Shown here one piece after another: positions 1-12,182 of a stretch of DNA of 64,000 nt. The stretch is from the human T2T-CHM13v2.0 reference genome, Homo sapiens: assembly GCF_009914755.1 (NCBI RefSeq), contig NC_060942.1. One strand, 5' to 3'. Made by a program: the position numbers and the translations under genes. Under the pieces are notes generated by a model. The model worked only from the letters and a program-made list of their open reading frames with translations, was not told the DNA's origin and did not search any database. Each line of letters opens with the position of its first letter. Positions within the stretch are counted from its first letter, which is position 1.

Positions 1-37
1 TTTTATTGAACCCTCCCCCTGATGACTTAAGACATCT

Positions 38-335
38 GTGGCTCATGCCTCTAATCCCAGCACTTAAGGAGGCCAAGGTGGGTGGATTGCTTCAGGGCAG
101 GAGTTTGAGACCACCCTGGCCAACATGGCGAAATCACATCTCTACCAAAATTACAAAATTAGCTGGGTGTGGTGGTACATGCCTATCGTAATCCCAGCTA
201 CATCTGGAGGCTGAGGCAGGAGAATTGCTTGAACCCAGGAGGCAGAGCTTGCAGTGAGCCAAGATCACACCACTGCACTACAGCCTGGGTGACACAGTGA
301 GACTCTGTCTCAAATTTAAAAAAAAAAAAAAAAAA
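38..335 (+). mobile_element. Alu (AluS-type), first ~10 nt missing
   Basis: Dimeric Alu GTGGCTCATGCCT...AAAATTAGCTGGG...GAGACTCTGTCTC followed by a poly(A) tail. Confidence 0.95.
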
Positions 336-2375
336 CACATGTGAAATGAGTTTATTACAATCTTCAGCATGGTGCAATATCTAGTTAGAGGACTGAGTCC
401 AGTAATCAGTCTTTTTTTTCTAAATGATTGTTCTAGTTGCCATAAAGGTAAGTTAAATAAAGTTAGAAAATATCTCTGACAAGAAAAGGATAATTATTTT
501 GTAACATCTATTGAGACCCACAAAACTTGTTGAAAAGTGGCTGCAAGGCATGATGAGTTAGTCAAAGGCAGAGGGATAAGAAAAGTTCTTAACTGGTTAT
601 AGCCAGTTTTATTTTGTGTAGAGATTTTTACGTAGGATGTAACTCCAACTTACTAGAACATTTGGCAAAGGTACAATAATGTGCTTGGCGGTGGAAGAAA
701 GTATAGGAGGAGCACATTATAACTCTAGAATATTCTAACTCCTGTATAAAACACAATGAAAATATTCCCTCTCACAACACCACACTGGTCACCTCTAATA
801 TTAATGGAATGTCTGTTACCATGAACATTTAAATGAGAAACTCGGGTTCTATTATTGCCTCATGTGGTTGTGAGTATTGGCTAAGGAGACTGTATTGTCA
901 AAGGAAATTTGGGATAGAAAAGGGTGTAGAGTTATGATCTTGCATGGTTCAAGTTCAGACTTGGACAGAGACAAAAAGATGAATTAGGTGAGTTTTTTGA
1001 ATTCCCAGGAAGTAATATGGATTGGGGACACATAGTTCTGTTTTCCTGGGTGCATATTTCTGCTGTTTCAGTGATAAAATTATAGCTTCTACTTTGCGGG
1101 AATAAGTAACTAATAGTTCTCATTTTTATAAGTTCTGAGAATTTTCTATGATTTTTTTTTTCATGTTACATATCTGAGGGACATACTCTCCACTCTCTCT
1201 CTCTCTCTGTAATGTGGATTAAGATAAGTAAGGAGTTTTCTTAGAATTAGGGCAAGTTTTTAAGCACCATAGCTTATTTTGCCTTGAATGATCAGGCATT
1301 GCACCATGAGACCTTCTTATAGGTATAGCTAAGTTGAGAGTTGCCCACACTGACAAAACTATCCAGCTCAGTTATGTTAACAAAAAAAGGAATCTCAACT
1401 TAGGTAAGAGTAGCCACTATGTCTCAGGAATAGTCCTATTGCTTAACTCTCTTACAAAATGCTAAAATTAACATTGCCCATAAGATTTTCTATAAAAAGC
1501 AGCCATCTAGATCCTTTGAGTTTCATTGTTTTTCTCCTTACCAGTTGAATTTATTGACAGAATACTCTTTTTAAAGACCATCCTTGAGAGTGAATTAAGT
1601 AACAGATTCTTGGCAAATCTTTCTCAAAATTTCCACCAATTTAGGAATGTGAGGAAAGTTGGGGGTTGGGGGAGGCAGGGGGTAAAGTGGCAATTTGTAT
1701 TCCAATTACTTGATTTCCTGAGAATAGAAAGTTGCCTTAAATTAAACAAGGAAGAGAAAAACCCATGCATCAAATAAATTGAGGAATTCATTTCATACCA
1801 GGCTTATATTTTATGCTCAGTTTCTGGTGGGATATGAACGTACGATTCTCATACTTCAGTGAGTCAGTGTGTTATGTAAACATGGCCTTAGTGGCAATTA
1901 CTATTATAAAATTGGTGATAGATGTAGCTTTTGCTTTACTGACTGCAAATTAAATTTAGTTGGAAAGATAATTCTAGTTAAATGTTTTAATTAGCAACCT
2001 TTTTTGACTATTCTATTTAATAACAAAGATACTTCTGGTAGCCCAGTATGCCAAATTTATTTTATGAACTCTTATAATGGATCAAATTTCACATTGCAAA
2101 GAGATCTGACAAGCCTGATTGTCCCATGATGTTTTAATGTTTTTGGACATTCATAGGCAATTAAGTTTCTTCTTGGAGAATGGGCATACGTATGGTTAAA
2201 GACATCTTGAGATTGATTTTTTTCTCTAAATTTGTCATTTATTCAGTAATAGTCATGCCAATAACAAATAATATTCTCATAACAAATACTAACTTCTCTA
2301 ACAAACATAATCCTCAATTGTATTTTAAAGAAACTAACAGCATTTTAAGATATTAAACTCCTCTATGCAAAGAGA

Positions 2376-2476
2376 TGTTAAAGCAGTGCCTAAATTAACA
2401 TGAATTTAATAGGTTATTAAACCCAGCAAACTGGTGTTAAAGTGGTGCCTAAATTAACATGAATTTAATAGGTTAT
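2376..2476. repeat. 42-bp direct repeat, 2 copies with a 17-nt spacer
   Basis: TGTTAAAG(CA/TG)GTGCCTAAATTAACATGAATTTAATAGGTTAT at 2376-2417 and 2435-2476; 40/42 identical. Confidence 0.95.
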
Positions 2477-2918
2477 CTTTCAAAAGATTTAAGAAAACAA
2501 ATGCCTCTGTTTTCAGCTATTTATTGCTTTGTCAACATCTAATATGGACCTAGAACTACATAAGTGACTCTACAGCCGAAAATTCCTTAGTGTTTTGTGG
2601 CACGTGTCAGGCTTCTTCTTATCCAAAGGTTAAGTCAGCAGATTTAAAGTCAGCAGCAAGAAGCAAACTCGGATCTGACTTTTATGCCAAATCAGCTACT
2701 TACTAGCAGCCCCATAATCTTGAGAAGTAACTTCATTTTGAGGCAGTTCGGTTTTCTCTTTTCTAAAGTTTTGAAAGTAATATTTACTATTGCTTGATTG
2801 CAGAGAAGAAAGTTTTTTGTTTTTTTTTTTCTAGGCCTCAAACACAGCGATTGTGTTTGGTTAATATTTCTTCCATTTTCTGGCTCTTCCCCTTCCATTC
2901 CCTCTCCTTACTACCTTG

Positions 2919-3361
2919 TGAAGGTCAGAAGAAGACCTAGGTGAACAGAGCATACTTTCTAACATCTCAAGGCTGTAGCCCTAGAATGGTGTCTCCAGCC
3001 TCCTTAAGTTCTCAGTTGGAAAAGCTTAAATCTGCCAAAGATATTTACTATCGTAAATTCCAGCTAACATCTGAACATAAGGCACCTTTCTTTCAGTCTC
3101 TGTGGGAGGAGAGGAGCCTAACTTCAGTAAGTATCAGTTAGCAAACCCAAATGGCCTAGTCACCTGGACTGAACCCCCTTTTTGCCCTTGAGTGCCTTTT
3201 CCCTAGCACTCCCCAGCTTTTTGTTTCTGTCTCCTGCTTTTTTTTTTTCCCAGTGAAGTTGCATTCAGTTCAAGTGGACTCTTTCCTCTATTTTTCAATA
3301 GTTATTGCTGAGTAAAGACTGTTCATACCACTTTAGTGTCCAGCTTTGTTTACCTTTGACA
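2919..3361 (+). mobile_element. ERV1-class solo LTR (MER34/MER-group-like, subfamily uncertain)
   Basis: Starts TGAAGG and ends AGTAAAG...TAGTGTCCAGCTTTGTTTACCTTTGACA, a TG...CA LTR end resembling MER34/39-group LTRs. Confidence 0.55.
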
Positions 3362-5169
3362 CCATTCAGAAGCGTTTCCATATTTGTCATCATGTTAAAT
3401 GGGAGCTTGGCTGTGGCAGGGAGATGGACAAGAAGACTACGTCATTAGGAGAGCATGTTTAGTACTGCATAGCGATGTGTAATAGCGTAAAATTATGAAG
3501 TGCATACAGTGCATACACCATACAGTGCCACTCAACCTTTAGTATTTTAAATCTTCACTTTAAGAAGTTTTATTTTATATAATTATATATTTTTCTCTAA
3601 TTATATTCTAATTATATTGTTGTTTAAAAGAATGATTCTAACAATTCTCACCATAATTGCATGTCTGAGGAAAAGCTACATTAATCTTTTGAGGCCTTCT
3701 ATTTTGGTTTAGGGGAATTATGATTGCTTTCAAAGTAGGATAACAATCTTTTAGGGGACTGATTTTTGGATATATTTATCAACACAGCCTAACTTCACAT
3801 TCATTAAATATTTTTGAGAGATTGTATGCAAGCAGTATTCTTCACTGATAATTTATTTCAAATTCCAGAAATTTTTCACCCTAAATCTACCATTGTTTTT
3901 CTCAGTACTTTTATGTTGTTTTGTGTTGCAGTCACTGATAATTGCTATCAGAACCATGTATAAATTGATCAAATATTGTATGAGTAAAATATTTAAAAAG
4001 TAAAACAAAATGTTTCTAATAATCATGCTTTGAAAAAATAAGTTCACCCCACCTTGCCACACACTCTACTTGATTTATTTCTCTTCTCAAACACATCACC
4101 TTTTTCTTTTTTTTTTTTTTTTTTTGCCTCTCTCTGAAGTTAGAAACACACACACATCTCCCTCTCGCCCTCTTTCTCTATCTCTTTCCCTACCCTGCTG
4201 AAATCTAATTTGACTAATGATGTCCTAAGCTGTGAACATTTTGTTAGATAGCTATTTTGATAAAGACACACAGCAATCAAGTATTAACTGGTCCGTCAAT
4301 TTATCTCTTGATACAAGTCTCAGACTCCAGAAAAGGAGCTAATGCTCATCCTTACACGTTTGTATCCCTTCTGCCTAGAATATTGCCTAATTAGAAAACA
4401 AACAAAAACAAAAGCCAAACCATTAAGACATTATTTGTTTTGCTGAACAAAACAAATATACAATGTATCCACTGAGTTAAACAGGGAAGGTACAGGCCAC
4501 ATCTGCATCTGGAGAAGGAAATTGAGGAATCTCAGTCCTGGTGACCCACCTTGATCTTCACCTAGGAGCTGTCTCTGACAGATATCTACAAGCCTCCATC
4601 CCTTCATATTCTACTTAGAATTTTGTTCTTTAACACAGATGTAGATAGATTTTTGGACTTCTAAATATGTGAATAGCACAAATCTGGGTAAAAGAGTTTG
4701 TCCAAGGAAGACTTATTCAACATTTTCAAAGATCGTAGAAGGCTAAAATATGGTTTGAAATTACCTAGATGAAGTGTAATAGACACATAAAAACCTAAGT
4801 CTCCATTCAGGATTCACATATGCCAAAATATGATAGGACAGACTTGACTTATTAGCAGTTAGTGTGAGAACTTGAAGAATTCTTTTAATTAAATGTAAAT
4901 TTTAGATGAGCCATTTTCTGCCACGATTGTGGATTTGAATCTAAGATGTGCATTGTGCAGTATGGTACTCCAGGTAAGAAAGAGTCTCATATTGTTTGTT
5001 CTACAGGTAAAAACAAAACGTGAACATAGAAGTGCCTTGAAAACTAATTTTACAAAGGTCAGAACAATGGCATTTATACCAAGTGCCTCATAGCTAGATT
5101 TTGTGTCCAAACGAGTATTCGCAGTTTTTTGTTTTCAATAGGTTCATTTGCTCCTGTGTGTCTTTATGA

Positions 5170-5690
5170 TATTCTTTCTAGAACGCTTTCTCCCCCTTGT
5201 CACCTGGCAAATTTCAACATCAAGACCCAGCTCAGACATCACCTCCTCAGAGCAACTCTCTGTAACCTCAGAGCCACTCAGCCATAACCTCATCTCTCAG
5301 GTTCAACCCTTCTGTGCTGGAAACTATATATTTATTATTCTATTTATCACCATATAGGCCTGTCTATTCCATCAGACCTGTGCTGTCCAATGCAGTAGCC
5401 GTTATCTGCACATGGCAATTAAAATTAAAATTAAAATTAAATTAAAAGTTGAGTTTTTCATTTAGCTTGCCACATTTCATATGCTCAGTGGCCATATGTG
5501 GCTAGTGGCTATCATAATGGGCAGTGCGGGAATAGAATATTTCCATCACTGTGGAAAGTTCTATTAGCAGGAATTGTGCTATAGTGAGATCCATACAGAA
5601 GACTTTCTCTCCCTGATCTCTCCATCCTCATCATCTGGGGTTGTTCCTAGCATATGGAAGACAGTAACTAAGTACTGAACACAACTGAAC
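5170..5690 (+). mobile_element. L2 3' remnant, interrupted by MER3
   Basis: TCAAGACCCAGCTCAGACATCACCTCCTCAG is an L2 3' motif; degenerate L2 tail resumes after 5580. Confidence 0.55.
5378..5572 (-). mobile_element. MER3 (hAT-Charlie DNA transposon)
   Basis: CTGTGCTGTCCAAT..GTAGCC...GCCACATTTCA..TGCTCA..GCCA.ATGTGGCTAGTGGCTA...ATAGAATATTTCCATCA...GAAAGTTCTATT matches the reverse complement of the MER3 consensus. Confidence 0.9.
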
Positions 5691-6150
5691 TAAGAAATAG
5701 TGGGCAAGCTTATATGGAAACAGCATCACACTCAGAATGCATCGCTCTAGACACGAGCATAAAATTTCTGATTCACGAAGGTAGATTTCTCTTAATAGAC
5801 TTACTGGGAAATAAAACAGGCTTCTTTTTAGATATTGAGCTCAGGCCCCAAAATCTTTCCATTAAAGCCAAGTAATCACCTGCCAGGACTCCAGTATAAT
5901 GGATCCCTTCATGGGGTTGGAAATTGCAACTAGAAGAGAATAATTGAGATTCAGTCATTCTCGTGACCAATGTTTGAGCAACTTTTATGAAACTCTAGAG
6001 AAAATTTTGACTACTTGTCACGTCAGCCCCTGACTGTCAACAATGATCCTTGCTTTGCTGAGAATATCTCGAATGTGTACATTGTTTTTCCCTAGGATCA
6101 CTTTTACTGAAACTAATGTAGCTCTAAAATTTTATATTAGTTTTTAGGTT

Positions 6151-6167
6151 TGTGTGTGTGTGTGTGT
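6151..6167. repeat. (TG)n microsatellite
   Basis: Seen directly. Confidence 0.9.
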
Positions 6168-7105
6168 TTGTTTTACAAGAAAACCTGTCTGGAGTACAAA
6201 ACTGAATTAGCAATTAAATCGTTGTCAGGAAGCAAGTACTAGCCTTAATAAACAAAGTATAATTGAGAAAACAATGTCATATCAGATTTTGGCGTCATTG
6301 ACTAAAAGGGAGTGTGGACAAATCACACTAATTTTTCAGACATCTGTGTTTCCAATAACTGAACTCAGCTGTATTTGGGGCTATGGACACAGTGAGTATT
6401 CAACAGCTATTGAATGCAAAGGGACTGAATGTAAATAGGTCTGCTTTTTAAACCACTTCTGCTTTGTGCAGTGAAAGCCCTAAAGAGCTGTTGGACCAAT
6501 TAAATAATTTGTTTTTTCTTCTGGGGCAACAACATTTTTTTTTTGTATTTTTATCTTTGTGTCCAAAGACAGCATGCTTCTAACTGTAAAACAGCACAAG
6601 CTCTACAGACATTAAAAAGTAGCTCAGAAATGGGTGTTTTTGTAGACACAGAGCTGTTTTTGTCACTGAAGACATCAGGCAAAAATGCTCTTTTTTATAC
6701 ATGAAGTTAAATAACCCTTGGGATAGAATATTTTACTTCATTTGTGGAGGGATTTGTGCACCCTTTCCTGTTTAGAAGGGGGCTTCTGTGCGGATGGAGC
6801 ATGGCCAGAGGAGGCTCAGAGCAAAGCCTGAGAAAGGGCTTCAGTGACTAAGAAAGTGAATTTGGGCTTTAATAAAAACACTGGCCTTATATCTGACAAA
6901 ATCTGTTGCTACACTAGATGATGTGGGCAGTTGTTTTTCTATAAGTGAGAGAGCTTCTAGCTCTGCTAAATAGGAAAATAAGTATCTTCCCTTTCAAAAC
7001 CGTAAGAGAAATGATATTGACCAAACAATTCTATTTAGGAGAGAGACTTCATACACTGGACCAATTATTATCATCCATAATTTATGAAATTATTGGCTTA
7101 ACACC

Positions 7106-7539
7106 TGTTATTTTTTGAGCTGTGTTATCTGAAAAGATATGTTGAAGTCCTGACCCCTAGTGGTTCTGTGACCTTAGTTGAAAATAGGGTTCTTACAGAT
7201 TTTATTAGTTAAGATAAGGTAATACTGGAGTAGGATAGGCCTTTAATACTGGTGTCTTTATAAGGGAATACATAGCCATGCAGGGAGAAGGCCATGTGAT
7301 GAAAGAAGCAGAGACTGAAGTGATACAACTATAGGCCAAGGAACGCCAAACATCAACCACCACCAATTAAGAGCTAGGAAGAGGCAAGGGAGGATTCTAC
7401 CCAGGGTCTCAGAGCAAGTATAGCCCTGCTGACATCTTGTTTTCAGACTTCTGGTCTCTAGAACCGAGACAAGAAGTCTACTATTTTAAGCCACCCAGTT
7501 TGTGGTACTTTGCAATGGCAGTCCTTGGAAACTAATAGA
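7106..7539 (+). mobile_element. MaLR solo LTR (MLT1B/MLT1C-like)
   Basis: GATATGTTGAAGTCCT...GGCCATGTGA...GCCAAGGAACGCC...AAGCCACCCAGTTTGTGGTACTTTG...GAAACTAATA; 5-bp TSD ACACC/ATACC. Confidence 0.9.
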
Positions 7540-7969
7540 ATACCTGAAAGGCTTAATCAGTTCAGGTTCTTATTTCTAGGTAAGATATTTGATAAATGAA
7601 ATGAATTGAAATTGATTTTGTAGGATCATATAGTAAGCGGTGCCCCTTGATGATGCTTCTTCAGCCCCCTTCACATTATCCTTTATTGACTACGTCAGCC
7701 TTCCCTCATTACTTGCCTTGAAATGGCGGGGGTTGTAAGGAGGGATTGGGAAACAACTCCCTGCAATTATACGTAAAACTTGGTGTCTGCATATGTACAA
7801 TTTTCTGAGGCCAAAGTTCTATAGGTTTTTTCGGTCTCTCCAAAGAGAGTCTAAGACCTAGGAATGATCCTGTTTTTAATGCTGAGGGGTCACCATGTTT
7901 AGGATATCAGCTTACATTCTTTTTTTTTTTTTTTTTTTTTTTTTAACATCCAGAATCCAACAGGCCAAC

Positions 7970-8080
7970 AAGTCAGGGACAGGAACTCAGTCAGAGCCAG
8001 TCAGAGCCAGTAATGTGTCACAGCCAGACAAAAGTCAGGGACAGGAACTCAGTCAGAGCCAGTAATATGTCACAGCCAGA
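7970..8080. repeat. ~50-60-bp tandem duplication with an internal 10-bp duplication
   Basis: AAGTCAGGGACAGGAACTCAGTCAGAGCCAGTAAT.TGTCACAGCCAGA occurs twice; the first copy has an extra TCAGAGCCAG. Confidence 0.95.
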
Positions 8081-8476
8081 TAATAACAGCTCATGAAAAC
8101 CCATTGATAAATGATGATGATTTTTCAAGGTGGTAGTTAAGCACAACCGGTATTAAAATTAAATTATATAAACTTATACTTGAATGCATTATATTAAAAA
8201 CAAGGTAAGAAATGCTTATTACTCATCACTTCCTAATTACTTTTAGTACTTTTCTCTTACCTACATTCTGAGGGTTTTTTTCCCATCGACTGCATCTGTG
8301 TGATAGGCGTGAGGATGTGTTACTGTGCATCTCTTCCCAACTTTATGTTCAGTGACATCAAGTTGGTCGGTAGCTTGAAATCAATTGTGGGAAATCAGAT
8401 CACAAAGGCAATTTGCAAAACGACTCCCGCCAACCCCTAAGCAAGATAGTTGGTAGTATTTCCAGGCTACCACTGA
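8060..8476. mobile_element. MER63 (MER63B-like hAT DNA transposon)
   Basis: AAATTAAATTATATAAACTTA...ACTCATCACTTCCTAATTA...CATCTCTTCCCAACT...TTCAGTGAC.TCA.GTTGGT..GTAGCTTGAAATC; ends ACCACTG. Confidence 0.8.
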
Positions 8477-9670
8477 TTCAGACTTGACTGATTAATCACG
8501 CTTTTATCCCTGGGGTTTCTATTATTTTGGACATTACATAAGAATATTGGACTAGACTCAAAAGATGGCCATTGAATAATGTTCAATAGCGCCTTCTCTT
8601 ATAGGAGAGTTCATAAGTTTGTCTAAAAGTGCTTTATGTCTAGATGTGAACTTTAAGAATATAAAGGAGTTGTCAGTCCTCCAATTACAAAATGTTCAGG
8701 GAATAAGGTGCCATCACCTTTCTTATAACTTAGCATTACCGATTATTATTTTAAAATGAATCTAAATAAAAACGTTCATAACCTCATCAAGACCTTTTCT
8801 CTTCTGTATCCCAGATTTTCCATGATTGAGTAGCAATTTATGAGAACAGTAAGTCACTTTTGCATTTGAAAATAAAACGTTTTCTCTTGGATAACTTTCT
8901 GAAAAGTTTCAGTATTATCTATAAGCTACAAGAGACTGTTTCCTGTTTGATTACCTTAAACTGATAAATTTCTCTGGGTTATTTGAAATAAATCATACAC
9001 GTGTTTTTGTTTTCTTTATTGCCTTTCTTTTTTCCCTTAGAAGCAATAATGAATTTTATCTGGATGAGATATGGGAAAAGTCCCCCTTTAATCTTAATTT
9101 TTCTTTGGTTATGTTTTCTAGGATTGGCCATGTGAGTGTGACCATATGATGAGAAACTTATCCTGGTCACCTAATGCAAATGTTTCTGAAATTTTTCTGT
9201 AGTTTAATCAACCTCCATTGTATAAAAACTGTGTTTACAACTGAGCAAATTACTGGAGTAGTAAAAGAAACATTGCTAGCCTTTACCCCATGAAAAACAC
9301 AATAAAAAATACTTACTTTCATGGTTCTGTAACTCAAATAGAAAAGGAGATGAGAAGATTTTTCCAAACTGCAATTACTTTATTGTTAACACTTAGTGTC
9401 TAGAGTTGGAAGAATTAAGTAATGACACTAATATTGTTCATCTAGCCACATGTAAATGTGCTTTAGTTTCCCAGCTTATGCACGTCTTAACACTATGTTT
9501 GTGCTTAAGCCTTTTGCATTGTGAAATACAGCAAAAAGTTTTCTGGGCAGTGTGAATGAGAGCTACCATGTGATAGACTGGCCCAAATGATGCTGTCTTC
9601 TCTGGGAGGGAAAAAGTAATCCTCATCATCACGAAATGTCAAATTTCAAAATAAAATACTTTTAATACAT

Positions 9671-9742
9671 ACAATACAGAAATTATAAATGCCCCTGACA
9701 ATACAGAAATTCACCTGACAATACAGAAATTATAAATGCCCC
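9671..9742. repeat. Complex short tandem triplication
   Basis: ACAATACAGAAATT three times; copies 1 and 3 continue ATAAATGCCCC. Confidence 0.9.
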
Positions 9743-9988
9743 CTTTAGATAATTCAGCTTGCCGCCTCTTGTGGTTAAGGTGACACTGCTGCACCACCTT
9801 TTTCTTATCATAGGGAAAGTGACCCAGAATATCAAGGATGGTGAGATAATTCACAATAGACTGATGAGTACTATTTGACATTTTGTAGATTCAAAATCAA
9901 CTCATTTCTGATTAAACACCACAACTCTGTGCATCATTCCTTTTTTTTCCTCTCAGAATTTTGATAATAAGCACATGCCAGATATTTA

Positions 9989-10067
9989 TTTATTTATTTA
10001 TTTTATTATACTTTAAGTTTTAGGGTACATGTGCACAACGTGCAGGTTTGTTACATATGTATACATG
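9989..10067 (-). mobile_element. Very short L1PA (L1PA3/4-like) 3' end with 13-bp TSD
   Basis: TTATTATACTTTAAGTTTTAGGGTACATGTGCACAACGTGCAGGTTTGTTACATATGTATACATG; TSD TGCCAGATATTTA at 9976-9988 and 10068-10080. Confidence 0.93.
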
Positions 10068-11324
10068 TGCCAGATATTTAAAAGAAACGTTTATTTTTGA
10101 ATGAGTGTTAGCCTTGAAAAGACAAATGGGAGAGGTCGAAATGATGGAAAGATGGATTTGCACCTGATATATTCATAGGCAAGGCTGAATGGCTCTCCAG
10201 TGAGGAGCTGTATCAGCACAGGGTCTTTATAAAAGCTGGGAGTGGAAGTGGCAAGTTCCTTTGTGTTTCTTTTTTTGATCCCAACATATTAGGAGGCTGC
10301 CTGTCAAGACTGCTTGAAAAAGAAAGGAACCTCTACCCTTAGGACATATATTTTGTTTTGTAGGAGCCAAGGGTACATAGCTTTAGGGGGAAAAGTTGGT
10401 AATGTGCTGAAAACAAACCTCTATAACCAGATTCTAACTAAGCAAAAGGAATGCTGTCAGGGGTGCAGAGGTGGAAAGTGACTTGACGTCCTCTCCAGTG
10501 TCTCTTCTTCCATTTCCTCAGCAACTTGGCTTCTCAATGGTCAGACCCTGAATGACTAATTAGAAGGCTGCAAGAAATCACCATCCTTTAATTAAATAAC
10601 GGATTATTGAAGGCAAATCATTCGATACATAATTGAAAATGCTGTTAAACTAAGAGGTCCCTTCCTCTTGGATCTGTAATACACATTGAACTTAGTAACA
10701 TGGCCCTGGGGTCAGTGGCGGAGCCTGTGTGGATCTAAGGGGAGAGATTTTGGTTGGGACCACACAGATGTGGGAAAATAGGTCAAATACTCCCTCTCTC
10801 TCATCATCTGTGTGCTCTCTTTGTAATTTCTCAGTGGTGTTCATGGGTTTTAGATGTTATTAATCATGAAAGTTGTAAGGTGCTTGGAGATGGTCCCCTT
10901 TGTTATTTTAGAAAGAGAAAGAAGAGAGTGGCTGTCCAAAGACTTTCTATACCTATCTCAGTGCCTGTTGTAGGGATAGGAGCCTCAGACTCCAATTTAT
11001 GGTGAAGGTTTTAGGTAGGGAGGAAAAGGAGACTTTTCCTCCCTTTTTTCATGCATGGCTTAGGAAAACTGGAAGAGACGAATCTCAAAAACAAGTTTTT
11101 CATAATATCACAGACATACCATACACAGAGACGCACCTCTTTAATATTCACCTTCTGCTAAGGCATGCATGAGTGATTAGTGTTCATATTTAACCCATTC
11201 TGTGTCTGGCTTCATTTTAATGTTTGTGACAGTCAAAGGTCTACAAGGTGTATCAGGCTTTTAATTTTTTTGTATATACATGCTACATACATATATTTTA
11301 TATACAACTCTCATCAATATTTCA

Positions 11325-11460
11325 CTCAGCTATTCACCACTACTTGGAAATGTCACTTAACCTCATTGAATGCCAGTTTTCTCATTAACGAAATGGGACA
11401 AATCATTTATTATGTTGTATAAAAGTGAAATTATTTGCCATGAAGTGTTTAGAAATGTGT
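11325..11460 (+). mobile_element. MIR remnant
   Basis: GTCACTTAACCTC...CAGTTTTCTCATT..AAATGGGA MIR core. Confidence 0.65.
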
Positions 11461-12014
11461 TTGGTTCCTTTTCAGTGCTGGTTTTAAGGGATCTTTCTTA
11501 TGGTTTAGGGAGTCTGTGAAATCCCTGAAAATGTGTGAATGATTTTCTGTGTATGTCCAAAACTACTTTTTATATGGAGCTTTTATCAGATTTTGAAAGG
11601 GCCTTAGCCCTCTATAATTTCACGTATCAGTTACCATTTGAAGGTAATCCATTTTCAGATAGGAAACATCTGCATGTTAATCTTTAATAAATTAATCTCT
11701 CTGTGTGTATGTGTATGTGTTTCTCTATTTTTTCCTCAAAGCAGCTTCTGAATTGGTAAGGAATTATTTATTCAGTTTATCACAGTTATCCTGTGAAAAC
11801 CACTTCTTTGGGTGGCAGAATAATTTCTTAAGCATTGTCTTTTGTGTGTGATTATGAAAGATTTTAAAAATGCAAGAATATACAGAATCAGAGACCCCAG
11901 TGTACTCCCCACACAACAATAATACCTCCTAATTTAGAAATGGGGTGAGGTAAGATGGTTTCTGTTGCAGATGAACTTTTATACATTGGCTTCTCAAAGT
12001 TGTTCCTCAAGATC

Positions 12015-12050
12015 TGTTTTTGTTTGTTTGTTTGTTTGTTTGTTTGTTTT
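12015..12050. repeat. (TTTG)n microsatellite
   Basis: Seen directly. Confidence 0.85.
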
Positions 12051-12182
12051 TTCTTGCCTTCCTTCCATTATGTGTGATTCCCTGTGCCAGTGCCCAGAGA
12101 TGCCTGTGTGTGCAGGATCTGGTTATTCCTCCTTGGATCAAATGAGAAGAAACACACTTTAGAGAAGTTTCTATTTTATCAT

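Noticed and set aside
4920-5012. Possible small exon ending at CAG/GTAAGA (~4971)
   Set aside because: There is a good donor site but no clear matching acceptor or recognisable coding sequence; isolated GTAAG motifs are frequent in this window.
9759-9778. Possible CTCF site (reverse strand CCACAAGAGGCGGCA); also CTAGCAGATGGTGT near 39343
   Set aside because: Both miss high-information core positions of the CTCF motif and cannot be supported without ChIP data.
11470-11620. Possible MER103-like DNA transposon remnant (similar sequence at ~7760-7870)
   Set aside because: Similarity is too degraded to call by eye and needs a Dfam search.
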